Assembly: GCA_964187785.1 (NCBI GenBank)
Contig: OZ076413.1
Span: forward strand, 63,612,001-63,676,000
Length of the DNA: 64,000 nucleotides
DNA from: Amphiscolops sp. MND2022
Lineage: Eukaryota
Direction: 5' to 3'
Positions 1 through 12,755 of the stretch are shown here, in pieces. Made by a program: the position numbers and the translations under genes. The notes below the pieces were generated by a model, which ran no database searches, was not told the DNA's origin, and saw only the letters and a program-made list of their open reading frames with translations. How positions within the stretch are numbered: position 1 is the first letter of the stretch; each line of letters starts with the position of its first letter.

Positions 1-399
1 TCCAAGTTATTTTGGCTTTGCGAAACTTTTTTTCGCAATTTTTCCTAATGTCTCCAAAAGGTCTTCCTTCAAGTTTTTGACATTTTGAAACAGAATGGAT
101 GTTTAAAAAAAACCAAAGGGCATCACTTTTAAATTTTTTGGCACTATGCGACTTACCGGAGACTTCAAAAAATTTCGAAAAACATTTCGGAAATTTTGTC
201 TTCAGTTTTTAGTTTTTGAGAGATTTTGTGGTCTCCAGTTCTGAAAAAGTGATTTTCTAGTTTTATGCGTATCCCTTGAAGTCTAAGTTGATACTGTAAA
301 TTTGACGAACTTTTAACAATGGTGTACTTTTGAATTTGTATAAACTTTACTATTTTGAACCTTGAGCGGGCGCCGACTTGGGTTGTTCCCGACTTCTTT
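1..399 (+). mobile_element. 3' part of a Helentron/DINE-like non-autonomous repeat (family copy 1)
   Basis: Family internal subrepeats (ccaaaggg...tttcggcactatgcgact) followed by the 3' terminal module GCGCCGACTTGGgttgTTCCcgac at 370-393, shared with other copies in the window. Confidence 0.6.
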
Positions 400-780
400 A
401 CTAATGTACTAGTAGCTCTAGTTCACAACCGGGTTCACAATCTCAACAAAGTCTCATGCAACAAACCATGATGAGATAGATCTTCATCAAGTTCTAACTA
501 CAATCGAATCCTGCCACGACAAACGTTTTTTGAAACTTAGTTTTAACGGGTTTCTGAAATTTGTTCCAGCGTATTACAGTGACTTCTTTTTCTGCAGACC
601 ACACTGAAAGGGCCACTTTACGTTCAAGATCTAATTTGTACCTAAAGAGGTCAGTTGTTGCATTATCTTTTGATAACTTCATACATCTTCATTTTTTACA
701 CAATAGATGATTGTGTTGTGCGGTTATTTGGAGATAATAAGAGAAGAGCTGTTTTTGCCAGATCTTAAACGAGTAACGTG

Positions 781-2150
781 GCTCGAAAACTTGACCATAT
801 ATGGGTTGAATTCGATAAACTTGCACCAAAAAAGCTAAATGTCGCAACTGTGGATACGTATGTGCTCCCTTTGTGGACCGATTGAAGAACAATTTTTTAG
901 AAGTACATGGTGATTGCACTGATACCGAGAATAATATTAAAGCAGCGTCAACAACGCAACAATTTGGTGAAGGGGCATCTGCTGCAAAACAATCTCGCAC
1001 TGACCAATTTGCTGTATCCACTAGCACACAACAAAAAAACAAATTTCACAAAGACGACAGATTTGTTTTCGCGAACAACACTACATTCCAAGCTGTTGAA
1101 TCTAACTCATTTGAGGTGGTTACAATACGAAGTATTTTCATGAAACAACCATGTTTGTTAAGTGAAACTTAGGTCTATATTTTTGCTTAGACCCTTATCT
1201 GGTCCTTACGCCCTGGTTACGAACCACTATCACGGAAGCAACTCGGAAACGAAATTGTCTATGAAATACACGATGACTTGCAGAATATAACAAAGGAGCA
1301 GTTGTCTGGGAAAATGGTAACCATGTGCGTCGACGGATGGGCAAACACGAACGACTGAAATGAATAGACGAAATTGCAATTGCTATAGATTTTATCCAAT
1401 TCAATTGTGGTTGTCTAGCCGATAGCGAACACTGCAAAACAATCAACTTTCGTCTTCGTGTTTGAAGTGGAAACCAGTCAAAATACGTAATTGTAGATAG
1501 TGTAAAGTAGTCATTTACTGTATTTTGATCATTACGCGTAACGCCAAATCACACAGTGAAACGAGCACAACTCGTAACGCGTATCTGAAATAAGAACGCG
1601 TTTTTATTGGATGTTAATCGAACTAGCAAGATCTTGCTAGTTCGTTGCGGCATATGTATCGTAATGCATGCATGAGAAAATGTGCTTAAAAATACCGGAA
1701 ATTAGGCAGTGGAGGGCAGGGAATGGCTATCAGCAGCAGAAACGGGATACGACAAATCTGTTTCATCTGTTTTTGAAGCATTTTCGTTGCACCCAAAGTA
1801 TTGTGATGAATACTTGACAGAATCCGAGCGGAACAACGCAGTGGAATTGGTCAGACAGGAGAGGCCATGTTTACATGAATACATGGATTTTTTGTGTTGG
1901 AAAAGATAAATATCCACAGATGTACAACCTTTCACTAAAATGTAATTTGGAAAACTTTTAAACATCGCAAGTGGTACTTGGGAACATGCAAAAAGAACTA
2001 ACTGAGTTGGCCGTGACCTTGATCAGCATCGCACCCACATGTGCTGGCCTTGAGAGGGTCTTCAGCTCTATGGGATTTATTCATTCCAAATTAAGAAATC
2101 ATTTGTCGACCGACAATGTGGCTAATCTGGTATTTGTTTGCGAGCATTGA
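781..2150 (+). pseudogene. hAT transposase pseudogene (BED zinc finger, catalytic DGW motif, C-terminal dimerization domain)
   Basis: Manual translation gives DHIWVEF/KAKCRNCGYVCAPFVDRLKNNFLEVH (BED-like, frameshifted), PLSRKQL...MVTMCVDGWANT (~1225-1350) and ELAVTLISIAPTCAGLERVFSSMGFIHSKLRNHL (~2000-2100). Multiple stops and deletions. Confidence 0.8.
1619..1644. repeat. Perfect 26-bp palindrome
   Basis: CGAACTAGCAAGATCTTGCTAGTTCG is its own reverse complement. Confidence 0.9.
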
Positions 2151-2492
2151 ACGAGAAGTAACAATAAGAATCTGTAAGTTAACTTTCAATTGAAACACAA
2201 ACATAAAATGTGAACCAGACAAATTTTATTTCATTTGGTTTCTACTATTGTTTTACCCAAAAGGGTTTCTAAATAAATCCTAGTTTTTTTTTATTTCTGA
2301 CAAAAAATGAGAAAGAAAACGTTTTAAACATGTTTTAAACGTTTTAAACGTTTAAAACGTTTATTTTGAAGGAAAAATTTTGCCAACTCTGATTCACCGT
2401 ATCCTCCGAACACAGATTTTTTTTGACACACTCGATTTTTTTCATACTTCACTGAACGGAATTTCTCCTTCTTTCTTCAAGTGGGACAATAC

Positions 2493-3377
2493 GTTTTAAG
2501 AGCTTACAGGGACCTTCGGGTGTTTCGGCACTATGCGACTTTTCGGAAAGAAATTGCTTCACCAAAGGGTCCCGTTCTGGTCTTTTCCGTGTTTCAACTT
2601 CCAAAAAAGACCGACGAACGGACAGATTCTATAAGTTGTAAAAGCTGTTGCTTAGTAAGTTAACTTGTAACTTCTATTGCCACTAAACACAGGGGTTAAG
2701 CAGACTATTTTGAAGTTTAAGAAGCATAAGGGCGTGGGTTCGAGTATCTCATTTGACAAAACATTTTTTATGCTTGTTATTTCGACTTTGAGAGACTTTT
2801 TTCGAAAATTCTTTGCTGTCTCCAGATGGTCCGGTTCCCCTTCAATTTGTTAAAATATTTCCCCACAAATTCGGTTCTAAAAAAAACCCAAAGGGTCTTC
2901 TTTAACAATTTCGACATTGTGAGATTTTTCAAAACTTTTTTTTTTCGTCTGAAAATTAAGTTTTATCAGCACGATATATCCGAATTTTGTTATTTTTAGG
3001 ACGGGCTTTTTTCCATGCGACTTTTTTAAAATTCGTTTTTATTGAAGCCCCCCCTCAATTTTTACTAGGAGCGAAACGTTTTGCGAGCGGTTTTTGGCAC
3101 TATGCAACTTATCGAAGGGAGGCCTTCATCAAAAAATTTTGAAGACCTTTCTTCCTCCTTTTTTTGTTTTTGAGAAGGCTTCAGTGAAGCAAAATAGGAT
3201 TTGTTGATTCCAGTGGGGGAAAAAAGTGGTTTTCGAGTCTCATGCGTATCACTTGAGGTGTTTTTGACACTGTAAATTTGATGAAATTTTAACAAAAGTG
3301 TCCTTTTGCATATTTAAAAAACTTTACTCTTTTGAACCTTGAGCGGGATGTCGACTTTGGCCGTTCCTGGCTTGTTT
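2493..3377 (+). mobile_element. Helentron/DINE-like repeat, copy 2 (5' end not resolved)
   Basis: Internal family subrepeats; 3' module ...TCGACTTTGgccgTTCCtggcTTGTT at 3350-3377. Confidence 0.55.
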
Positions 3378-4118
3378 GGGTAGCTCTCATCATTGCATTT
3401 TTGCTGTATAATTCGTGTTGATTAGCGTTTTATACAATTTAATTTCAAAATTTGACAATTTCTTTTGATCTGGTTGTTAAAACATAGAAACCACGTGACT
3501 TCACTTGGAATTAAGATACAACACAAAGTTTTTTATGAGCTAAAAAAATTATTTTGGTTGTTCTTGTACAATATAAATACATACATTTTAGCTTCAAAAC
3601 CAAATTTCTATTTCACTTATACGATAGTTTGACAAAAGAAAAGATTGTTTGCAATTAGATTGAAGTTATTTACTGAAGAGGTAATGTTCTCAATTTCAAT
3701 TTTGGCACTAAACTGTTTCAACAATTTTGAAGTGCTTTTCTGAAGCGTTTGAACTGATTCAGTTCCAGACATTTTCATGCATGGCCTGGTATGGTCCATG
3801 TAATTCCATGCTGAAAACATGGGCTGCATGCTGTTCGCATGGATCATGTACCAAAATCTTTCATGCTTGTTATTTCGGCTTTGAGAGACTTTTTCGAAAA
3901 AATTTTAATGTTTCCAAAGGGTCCCCATTTGATGTTTTTTTTTCTAAAAACTATTTCTAAAAACAAATTGGAGTTTCAAAAAGCCCAAAGGGTCCTTTTT
4001 AAAATTTTTGGGATCGTGAGATTTTTCAAAATGATCATTTTTCTGCTTGGAATTACTTTTAGGTTCAACCCGTGTAGAGACATAGGCAGCCAGACAATAG
4101 TTAGAGCGGGAAAATCTT

Positions 4119-4319
4119 CCCTAGTTTTTCGGAATCACAAGTTTTGCAAAATTCGTCCTAAATTCTTACCAATTATGCATTTCTTACAAGAATCTTACGA
4201 GTTTGTACAAAAATCGCAAATTTTGCAAGAATCTTGTAAGAGTTAGTGTCAAATAATGCACATTCTTACAAGAGTTTTTGTAAGAATTTTGCAAAAGATG
4301 TGAATTTTTTCAACTAGGG
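4119..4319. mobile_element. Small MITE-like element with CCCTAGTT/AACTAGGG ends and internal CAAGAATCTTG-type subrepeats
   Basis: 8-bp terminal inverted repeat at 4119-4126 and 4312-4319; internal motifs resemble the element at 53409-53948. Confidence 0.45.
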
Positions 4320-7033
4320 TTGTCATTTTTTGTAGAAATTCAACTGTGTAATTATTTAGTTTTTTTCCATGGAAGACACCACGCATAAAACGAAATTGAT
4401 TGAAAGAAACTCTTTCGAAACGTGACGTGTTCTATAACCCAGTTGATACCTTTTAAAATTTTGTTGTTGTTGATGTTGTTTACTGAGAGAGGTTCATTTC
4501 TGTCTTGTTCGAACATAAGGTAAGTGGCATTAAGCTAACATAAGGATCCAGCTTACGAAATTAGTTTCATTTAGGTACTTTTACAACATACTCAAACGGA
4601 AGTTTTTCAACACAGAAACAAGTGCTTGACTCATAAAATTTCTATCTATCACAACTTTGCTTAATTTTCCTTCAATGCTGGTTGAAAAGCACCCCCTCAT
4701 AAGTTTTCTTGACAGTAAAATTGAATGTTTTTAGGTAATTTTCGCAGAAATGTTGGAAGTTTTCCGCTGCAGTTACGCAGTTGTTCTTTCAATTTATCTT
4801 CGTTTTAGAGAAGTTTTTGGGTAACTATTTCAATTGCGTTCCAAAATCCATGAAATTTCGTGTATATTTTGGCGAGGCGTGGAATTTCTTCGAGTTCGTG
4901 GGAAGAAATTGTGTTCGTTTTTTGTTTGTATTGGCTAAGTTGTGAAAATCGATACACATTTTGCGTGTTCTGAGTTCCCGCAAATGGAATCCAGGATTCC
5001 AAAAGTTGATCATTTTTGCAAAAAAATCAACTGAAGAATATTTTGGAAGACTGAACTATGTTGTGAGCACGACTCTTTCTAACCTTCAAGAAGAGCTTTG
5101 AAAGTTCTTCCGCTTAAACGATCTTTCGAATTTTTCCAAATTGTTCACTGAAGGATGAATGAAAATTCCACCTAATTAGGAGCAAAGAAAATCTGCATGC
5201 ATTCGATTGGGAGCTTTGCTCAAAGAAGCATGAAAGCAGCTACCACAAATAAATCGGTTCGCTTCCTTTACATCCAAGTTCAGACTGAAATCTAATTTGT
5301 TCACGTCTAAACAAATGTCTTCCATGCCGTTTCTACAGTCTCGAAAAAAGGAGAAAAAACAACGAATTCTTGAGGTTGCAAAAAGAGGCGCTATTTCACT
5401 TACATTTCAATTTCTTCCGACTAACGATCTGTTTATGAATGAATAAATAGTCCGTGTTTTGCAGATACTTACGAAGTTCTTCAATAAAGCATTTCTGTAG
5501 CATGCGAAGGATAATCGAGCATTTTAGGCATTTTATGGAATTGAAAGAGACCATATGTCCCCTCTAGGGACTCTGGGATGTACCAGGTTTTTCATCAAGA
5601 AAAAATTCATGTTCCAAAAGACTTTAATCTTCGGCTTCTTTACTATTTTGCAACCATATGGGAGCATAGAGAACCAAATGGGTCCCTTTTCCATCGATTG
5701 TTTCAAAACTCGGAGTCGTTTTGACGTAGATGTTTTCCATTCGTCAATTAAAAAGTTCCATGAACTTGGAAAGTGTTATCGAAAACTCTGCTGTGAGAAT
5801 TCGAAGAATTTATGTATCAAAGAAGGAAAGTTGATTTTAACGGATAAAAAATGAGTCTATGGATTTAAATGGTTATTATGTTATTGTTAGTCATAATTTT
5901 ATTAACTTTAATTTATTACAGTTTTACACTACCGTTTTTATGAATGAATTTGCTTGTTAATTTCATTTTAAAATCGGAATTAAATGTTTTTTGAAGTAAC
6001 AAACGAAATTTAAAAAAAAAACAATTGGTAGACATTATGGATGGTAATGAACACGATTGGTCACCCTTGAGAACTTTTTTTTGGATACTATGAAGAAAAG
6101 TGAGTAAAAAATGGACTGTTTGAAAACTACTGAGGGTGCTTTTTGTTCAACTTGGGGACTCCAAACTGAGATATAATAGATCATTGCGACAAACTAAACT
6201 ACGTTGTAAATATTTTCCGATGACACTTTTCGGGCTTGTTTTTGACTCAGATCTTACATATGAGTTTTTCATATGGCTCAACAATTCCCACAAGAAAAGT
6301 TTCAACAGTGTCCTAGGTAGCTTTTCTTCCCGAGACAATCCCATTTAATCTTTTTTTTAAAGAGACCTTCGCTATACTAAAGGGTAGTAAATAAAACAAA
6401 CAACTCTTACTTTCTTTTTGATGCTTCGATGTTTTCTAGTTTTTTTGGCAGCTGTTGTAAAGTTGCTTCGAACTAAAAAGTGATTATGAAAAAGAATCGT
6501 GAAGCTCTTTTGAAAAATGGCCTGAATACGTAAGACATTTTATATAAGTTTCAAAACTATGTTTGGTACATCGAGTTTTTCCATAGTTTAACCACATCGT
6601 AATGTAGCAGCAATCCAATAGACACTGCTTCGCTTTTCTCACAAATGATCGTTAAGTTTTTTTTAACCAAAAAACCACTTTGATAATAAATCCAAAACTA
6701 TGTTAACAGCGGAATGTTTTTTTATTTTCCGACTGAGGCTTCATTATGAAACCTCGTTTCATGACTTTTTATGTCGCAGTGACTCAAACTTCTGTTGTTT
6801 GAAAGCACATGAAAAGTTCTGGAGCAAAACATTGGAACATATTTACTTGTCTTTCTTCTGTTAAAAATTCTGTTTTCATAACAAGTGATAATATGGTCAA
6901 TATTGCTGAATTTTTCTGAACGCGTTTTGTAGTTTGACCACTTGTATCTGTAAGCACTCAATGCGTTCCTAACTATTCGTTCATCTGGTGTGTTATATTG
7001 ATGAAATGAGCTCGTCCTCTTAATCTAGGTCCA

Positions 7034-7530
7034 TTTTTAGTCGGCGCCTTTTCCCTTAAGGAAAAAAGCCCGACTATTACAGTGAGTAGTTTTTTTTTCA
7101 GTTGACAATCTCACTCTGAGTGGTCCACTTTTTACAATTTGTTCAGTTGTTCAACTTCGACCAATTTTCTGAACCTGAGAGCGTGGGTTCGATTCTCGCA
7201 CTAAACCATAAACTTTTTATGCTTCCAAAAGTACAAGTGAGACCAAAGGGACCCCTTTGGGTTTTTTTCGGCACTATGCGACTTTTTTTCGAAAAATTTC
7301 GAATTTTATCAAAGGGTACCCCCTTGCATTTTTTGAAGTTTTAAGTTTGTAAAAAAACGTTTAATGAGCCTAAATGACCTCTTTTTGGGTTTTTCGGCAT
7401 TGTGCGACATTTTTAACCAAATACTTTTTTTGAAAAAGAAATTATTTTTTTCCAAATGTTTCCAATAGTTGTTTATTGAATATTTTTGAGCCTTAGATAT
7501 GGCGCCGACTTGGGACGTTCCCGTCTTGTT
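7034..7530 (+). mobile_element. Helentron/DINE-like repeat, copy 3 (complete)
   Basis: 5' TTTTAGTCGGCGC...CCCGACTA hairpin; 3' GCGCCGACT inverted partner, then the gacg-TTCC-cgtc hairpin and TTGTT. Confidence 0.65.
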
Positions 7531-8478
7531 CATTCATTATTTCAGTGATTCAGTTGATAGTGATGAGACCGCGGGTGCAACGATGGCTGGGAATCAGATG
7601 TATGAGGGTTCAAATTTTGCGCTGGACCTAAGTTTTCTCTATCCTGACAAAACCATTTGGTGTTTTTCCCTGCATGTCACAACACATTTTTCTAGACGTT
7701 TTTTGATCTTTTTAAGTTTGAGCTTTTCCAAATTTTCCAGTCTCATGGGTACCTGTCGGGTACTTTTGGCTCTGAAACTTTGATAAAACGTTTCTTAATA
7801 GTGTTCCTCCGCACATTTAAACCATTGATTTTTTGAACGTTGACCGGGGTACCGACTTGGGTTGTTGCCGACTTGCTCGTAAGTGGAACAGAGATTATCT
7901 TTGGCCATATCTTCTCTTTGTTCATATGTTTTGATGATAAAGAGCCGTGAAACAAAATCATGTTCAACTCAACAGAGTGGTATAGTGGTTTGTAGTTCAC
8001 TGCAGCAAGAGTACGGAATTATAAAGTTGGCTGTCCGTTGTTTCACAAGAACTGTTTCGTTCTGAATAGTCATTCGAGGTGATTACAAATTTACCTTTTT
8101 TAATTGACAGAAGGCCCCAATTGTTTCTAACTGATGCGATTTAGCAAGCTGCTGTTTATAATATCTCTTTCGATCAGCTCAGCAATTTGATTCCAAGTGG
8201 TCAAAACCCTGTACAGATTGCAGAAACTGATTTTGAAGCTTCTTTCAGATTTTTTGAGGTCGCGGCTAGAGGATTCCGACCTTCACTGAGGCAATATCAG
8301 GTTTGAATGAAGAGAGTAATTGTGAGCGGTCAGACCTTTGCGACCTTGCGCATTTCACTTAGAAACCACATCTTTGAGGTGACCATTGCTTGATCATTTG
8401 GCAGTGTGGCATCATTTATATATATGACCTTTATACAAATGACCTTAATTCTTCTTATTATTATTATTTAAGTACCTG

Positions 8479-8680
8479 TGTTGTATCTCGCTTGAATACT
8501 TGTAAAGAGAGTGCGTTGTATAAAATGCAACTATTCTCAAGCTATATATTTTTTCATTATTATCGAGTGATGAACTTCATCTGCTCTCATGTGGCAGGCA
8601 GGTACAAAACTATAAATAGCATTAACATAACAATGAGGCAGATTAATTAGTTTCTTGTTAGAGTTCGTCTGTCCTCTTAA
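8479..8680 (-). repeat. Gypsy 3' LTR
   Basis: Matches 14356-14557 with about 12 substitutions counted by eye (~94%). Confidence 0.93.
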
Positions 8681-9411
8681 TTCCCCCCTCTACTATTGGC
8701 TGGTGATTGGCCAATGGGGGTGTTGGAGTTTTTGTTGTGGCGGCCATTCCTCCACTGGTCCGGTTTCTGGTGGACGGTTGACCGTTCCTGGCAGCTTTGT
8801 TTGTTCCGATTCACAATTAGCCGTAACGTCTGGATGCATGTATCTGACCGGTCTAGAGATCGTCTTCTTTCCCCTCCGGTTGTACTGTTGGTTGATCCGG
8901 TGTTGCCGAATTCAGTCTTTTTACGGTGTTTCCTGTGATCATGACAAATGGGATTATTATATCTAATGATTTGGTTAGTTTTTGTTAATCTCTTTGATCT
9001 GCGAATGGGTTCTTTTTCTTCCATGTCGACTTCAGTACTTGAGCTCAAATTGCTCGCTAGGTCTAGATCAGAGTTTTCAAAGTTATCTTCTAATGTGTTC
9101 TGATTGGCGTTATTATCAGTAAATACCTTACTGTTTTCATCTCTGATTAAAAATTCTTGGTCTGCATGTTTGGCGTCCGTTATGGCACGGTCTACTTCCG
9201 TGTCCGTCATATTCGCTGTGACTATGGTTAGTGGGCCCGGTGTGGTTGTTGCTTGTGGAGAGTTTGGGCTTGTACGGTCTCGAACCAGTTTTGGTCTGCC
9301 TCTACCGAGTGAGCCTGTTTTGAGTGTTGTATTGGTTTGCGGTTCTGGGGTCTTTGGAATCTCTGTGTCCTTTAATGGCGTCTCTGATTCGCTGTCCGAT
9401 TCGATCACCAT
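8677..9411 (-). CDS. Low-complexity C-terminal pol extension or 3' ORF of the Gypsy element (244 aa)
   Basis: Open frame rich in S/T/N/R running into the PPT; no recognisable domain. Confidence 0.45.
   Translation of the reverse strand: MVIESDSESETPLKDTEIPKTPEPQTNTTLKTGSLGRGRPKLVRDRTSPNSPQATTTPGPLTIVTANMTDTEVDRAITDAKHADQEFLIRDENSKVFTDNNANQNTLEDNFENSDLDLASNLSSSTEVDMEEKEPIRRSKRLTKTNQIIRYNNPICHDHRKHRKKTEFGNTGSTNSTTGGERRRSLDRSDTCIQTLRLIVNRNKQSCQERSTVHQKPDQWRNGRHNKNSNTPIGQSPANSRGGN
8681..8691 (-). other. Polypurine tract
   Basis: Minus-strand AGAGGGGGGAA directly adjacent to the 3' LTR. Confidence 0.8.
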
Positions 9412-9899
9412 CGTTCGTCTTTGTTATGACGGTGATCTGAAAAATCGGCCGTCTGGTCCACGTGGTCCAATTCCCCTGTTCTTCTGTTCCTGGTTAAAAT
9501 TAGAAATGGTTTACTGATCGTTTTTCTATGTAGGATTCTTCCGTTTTTGGTGTGGTTACGGTATGTTTTGTGCCCGATACTGCTATTTGTGGTTTATCGG
9601 AATATGCACTTTTGAATTTACTACGCTGGTGTTTTTTTCTTAAAAATAAAAGGGTAGCTACTAACTCCTTTTGCGTGTTTCTTTGGCTTCATTGGCAGCT
9701 GGTTAGACACACCGCCAACTCCACTGAACGAGTATACCTGCAAGGTATCTGGTTTTGCTGAAGCGGAGTTTTTTGTTAGTTTTTCTAGGTTATCGAGTTT
9801 CAGTAAGTTACTTATCTCCGTGTTAGTTTCCGTCCGTAATGTTATTCAAAGGCGAATTTTTTAAACGCGAGTGTGGTGTTTTTCTCATTACGTCTAACG

Positions 9900-10757
9900 A
9901 TAGGTCCAGGGCTTTGCTAAAGCGTTCTCCAGCTTTAATATTTGTTAGCTAGTTTTCCTTCAGTGTTCAGACCCCCCGATCCACTAAATCGGTAGGGGTG
10001 TGGATATACGGTGTCCCGTATATTAATTTGATGTAGTCTTCTCTACAGAAGTTTCTAAACGGGCGTCAGGTAAAGGCGGTAGCCTTATCGGTCCTAATTG
10101 TTTTAGGGACTCCATTTAATTGAATAAACTGTTCGAGAAATTTTTTCGCCGTTTTACCATCGGTAGACGTGCAAAAGTTTGCCGCTGGCCACTTACTGAA
10201 CCGGTCCATGGATAGTAAAATGTGAAATTGACAGTTGTTTACCGTGATTGGTCCGATGAAATCCAATTGGATTTCTTCGTTGGGATTTTCTAACCGGGGG
10301 AGGTGGTTCGTTTCCGTACTTGGTATATCAGGTTTAATGCTCTTACCGAACCTTTTGCAGGGGATGCATGACTCGCATTTTTTTGGATTGCCTCGGTCAT
10401 CTTCGGCCACTAGAAATGTCTTGCGGCAGTTGTCATCTTATTGATGGCGGGGTGGCCTTTATGCAGTAAACTGATAATTGTTGTTCGGAGATTCTTTTGG
10501 ACGATGATTTTGTCTTCAATGAAGACTAGACCGAACCGGCTTGACAGTTTCTTTTTGTGGGGTAGGTATTCGTGTGGAATTTGGTCGTGTTGCTGACGTT
10601 CAAGGCAGACCAGTGTTTTTAGTAGGACCGTGTCGCTGGTTGTCTCGCTCATTAGTAGTTGTAGGTCAGTTGAAAAGTTCTTTTCAGTTTCTCTCACAGC
10701 GTGGTCTAGGTCCCAGTTGTTCACTTCTTGTGCCAGAATTTTTGGGGCGTGTCCCAT
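9900..10757 (-). pseudogene. Gypsy integrase (disrupted)
   Basis: LLHKGHPAINKM and CESCIPC (zinc-binding part), IQLDFIGP, MDRFSKWP, IRTDKATAF; internal stops. Confidence 0.9.
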
Positions 10758-10969
10758 TTAGACATATTGCACGCTTTTAACTCCCACGTAGCGTGTCCAG
10801 TTTATTGCGGGAACTTCTAGGATTGACGGTTCTTGGTCCGTCTCCAACTCAATTTCGCCCTCTTCCATTGGACTGGGGGCGAATAATTCCAGGCCCGATG
10901 TGGCTGTCGATGACCCGGGTAGGTCTGGGTACTGGGCCGGTGTTGGTCTGTCCACTTCCCAGAATGGAT

Positions 10970-12755
10970 CTACGGACACTGCTCAGATTTTCTCGTTTGT
11001 GGTCGAAATCCTCCGTTGTGTTGTGGGCCGATTCGTTGTCTCAGATCGCCTTGTTCTCTGCCTCGCATAATCTGTTGAAGTCTCTCTTCAATTACCCGTC
11101 TTTCGATCCGTAAGAACTTGGGCTCGTGGTACTTTTTCCATTTCCCTCCGGTCATACGATAAATGCCGTGTTTCACAATTTCTTTCCACCGTTGGATTAA
11201 TTCGGTGGTTTCTGCTGAGGAGTCTACTGCTGCCAAGTTATCAATTGTTTTAACGTCCTTTTTAGTGGTGATTTCTGTTGTAGCGTTGCGTGTTAACGTT
11301 GAGCTGTTAAGGCAATCAAAGGCAATTTGTTCGCGCGCGTCCTGTGACTGCGGTTTGTTATTTGTGTTGCGTCCGTTTTCGACCGTCTCGCTTTCTGATT
11401 GGTTAACGTGGTTGCTAAGGCAACCGTGTTTGGAGATGAATTTGTAGTGCGGTATGACGTTGTTGATGACGTATTCTTGGTCGTACGCTTCATCTGTTTG
11501 CGGCGGCGCTGACGGATTTCTGCTCAAGTAATCCGTGAGTGCTAAATGTTTGCCTGCGATATGGTTTACGTAAATGGGAAAGTGTGCCAACCGGTCCAAC
11601 CACCTTGTTACCCGTGAACTATACGTCTTATTGGATCGGTTTCGTTTAATCAGTGGTTCGAGTGCTTGGTGATCCTTAAGTAGTTTAATCGGCTTACCGT
11701 AAATGTATAATCGGAAGTGTTCTAACCCCCAGACTACACCCAGTAGTTCGAGCTCATTGATTGCATATTTCTTTTCGGTATCTGAAAGAAATCGACTTGT
11801 GAAACCGATTGGTTTTAAATTTCCATCTGGTTGCTTTTGCCAGAATGTTGCACCGAGGCCTTTCGTACTGGCCTCTGTTGTTATTACGTTTGGATAATCC
11901 GAGTTGTAATGAGCCAGACACGGTATTTCCGTGATTTTTTGCTTGAGATTTTCAAATGCCAGTGTATGTTCTTCAGTCCATATCCAGTCATTGTCTTTCT
12001 TTAATAGCTGTCTTAGACAGTCTGTTTGGGCGGAGAGATTGTCTATGTACTTGGATAAGTATTGAATGGCTCCCAGAAACGATTTCAGTTCTTTTTCGTT
12101 GTTGGGTTGTTTCAGATTTTTTATCGCCATCAACTTGTCCTGTAACGGTCTGATTCCGTTTTGGTCTATTTTATGACCAATCCATTCTATCTCAGATTTT
12201 AAAAATTCAGATTTATTTCCGTTGAGGCTGTAACCGGCAATTTCCAGCCGGGTTAGTACTTCTGTTAGCTCCTTTTTGTGTTGTTCTTTTTACCCTTTGG
12301 TTACGATGATATGTCGTCTAACCATGCTGGGTGTTTATTTTCCAGTGTTTGGTCGGTTTTTTCCTAAAAGATGGTCGGTATATCCGCAAACCCGTAGAAT
12401 CCCTTTAGGAACCGGTAGTAACCGGTGAAGTCGCCGCCGGTTACGGCAGAAATACATAGATTTCGGGCCTCTTTGGATAGGATCAGCTGGCCGTATGCAT
12501 AGTCCAGATCAAGTTTTGATGTCCAAATTTCGTCTGCTGGACAATCTGCAATTTTCCTTGATATTCTAGAGATTAGTTCCTCCATGTTGGGCATTTGCGC
12601 CTTTCTTTTGATGGTAATTTCGTTGAGTTTTCGTGAGTCCAATGCGATTTTTATCACTTATCCTTCTTTACCGTAATTACGGCCGGGCTAACAAAGCAAT
12701 TTTCTTCGATGTTGTTCGCTTTTTCAATATGGCTTTGTTTCATAAGTTTATTTAT
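10970..12755 (-). pseudogene. pol: Gypsy reverse transcriptase and RNase H (frameshifted)
   Basis: LDSRKLNE, SKLDLDYAYGQL, LKSFLGAIQY, TEASTKGLGA, YAINELELLGVVWGLEHFRLY, DHQALEPL, LTDYLSR. Confidence 0.92.

Larger units (their letters stand above)
781..2391 (+). mobile_element. Degenerate, internally deleted hAT DNA transposon; only the 3' TIR is visible
   Basis: 3' end reads ...TTGCCAACTCTG (reverse complement CAGAGTTGGCAA, hAT-like TIR) at 2380-2391, preceded by subterminal GTTTTAAAC repeats (2320-2360). Transposase remnants lie upstream. Confidence 0.75.
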
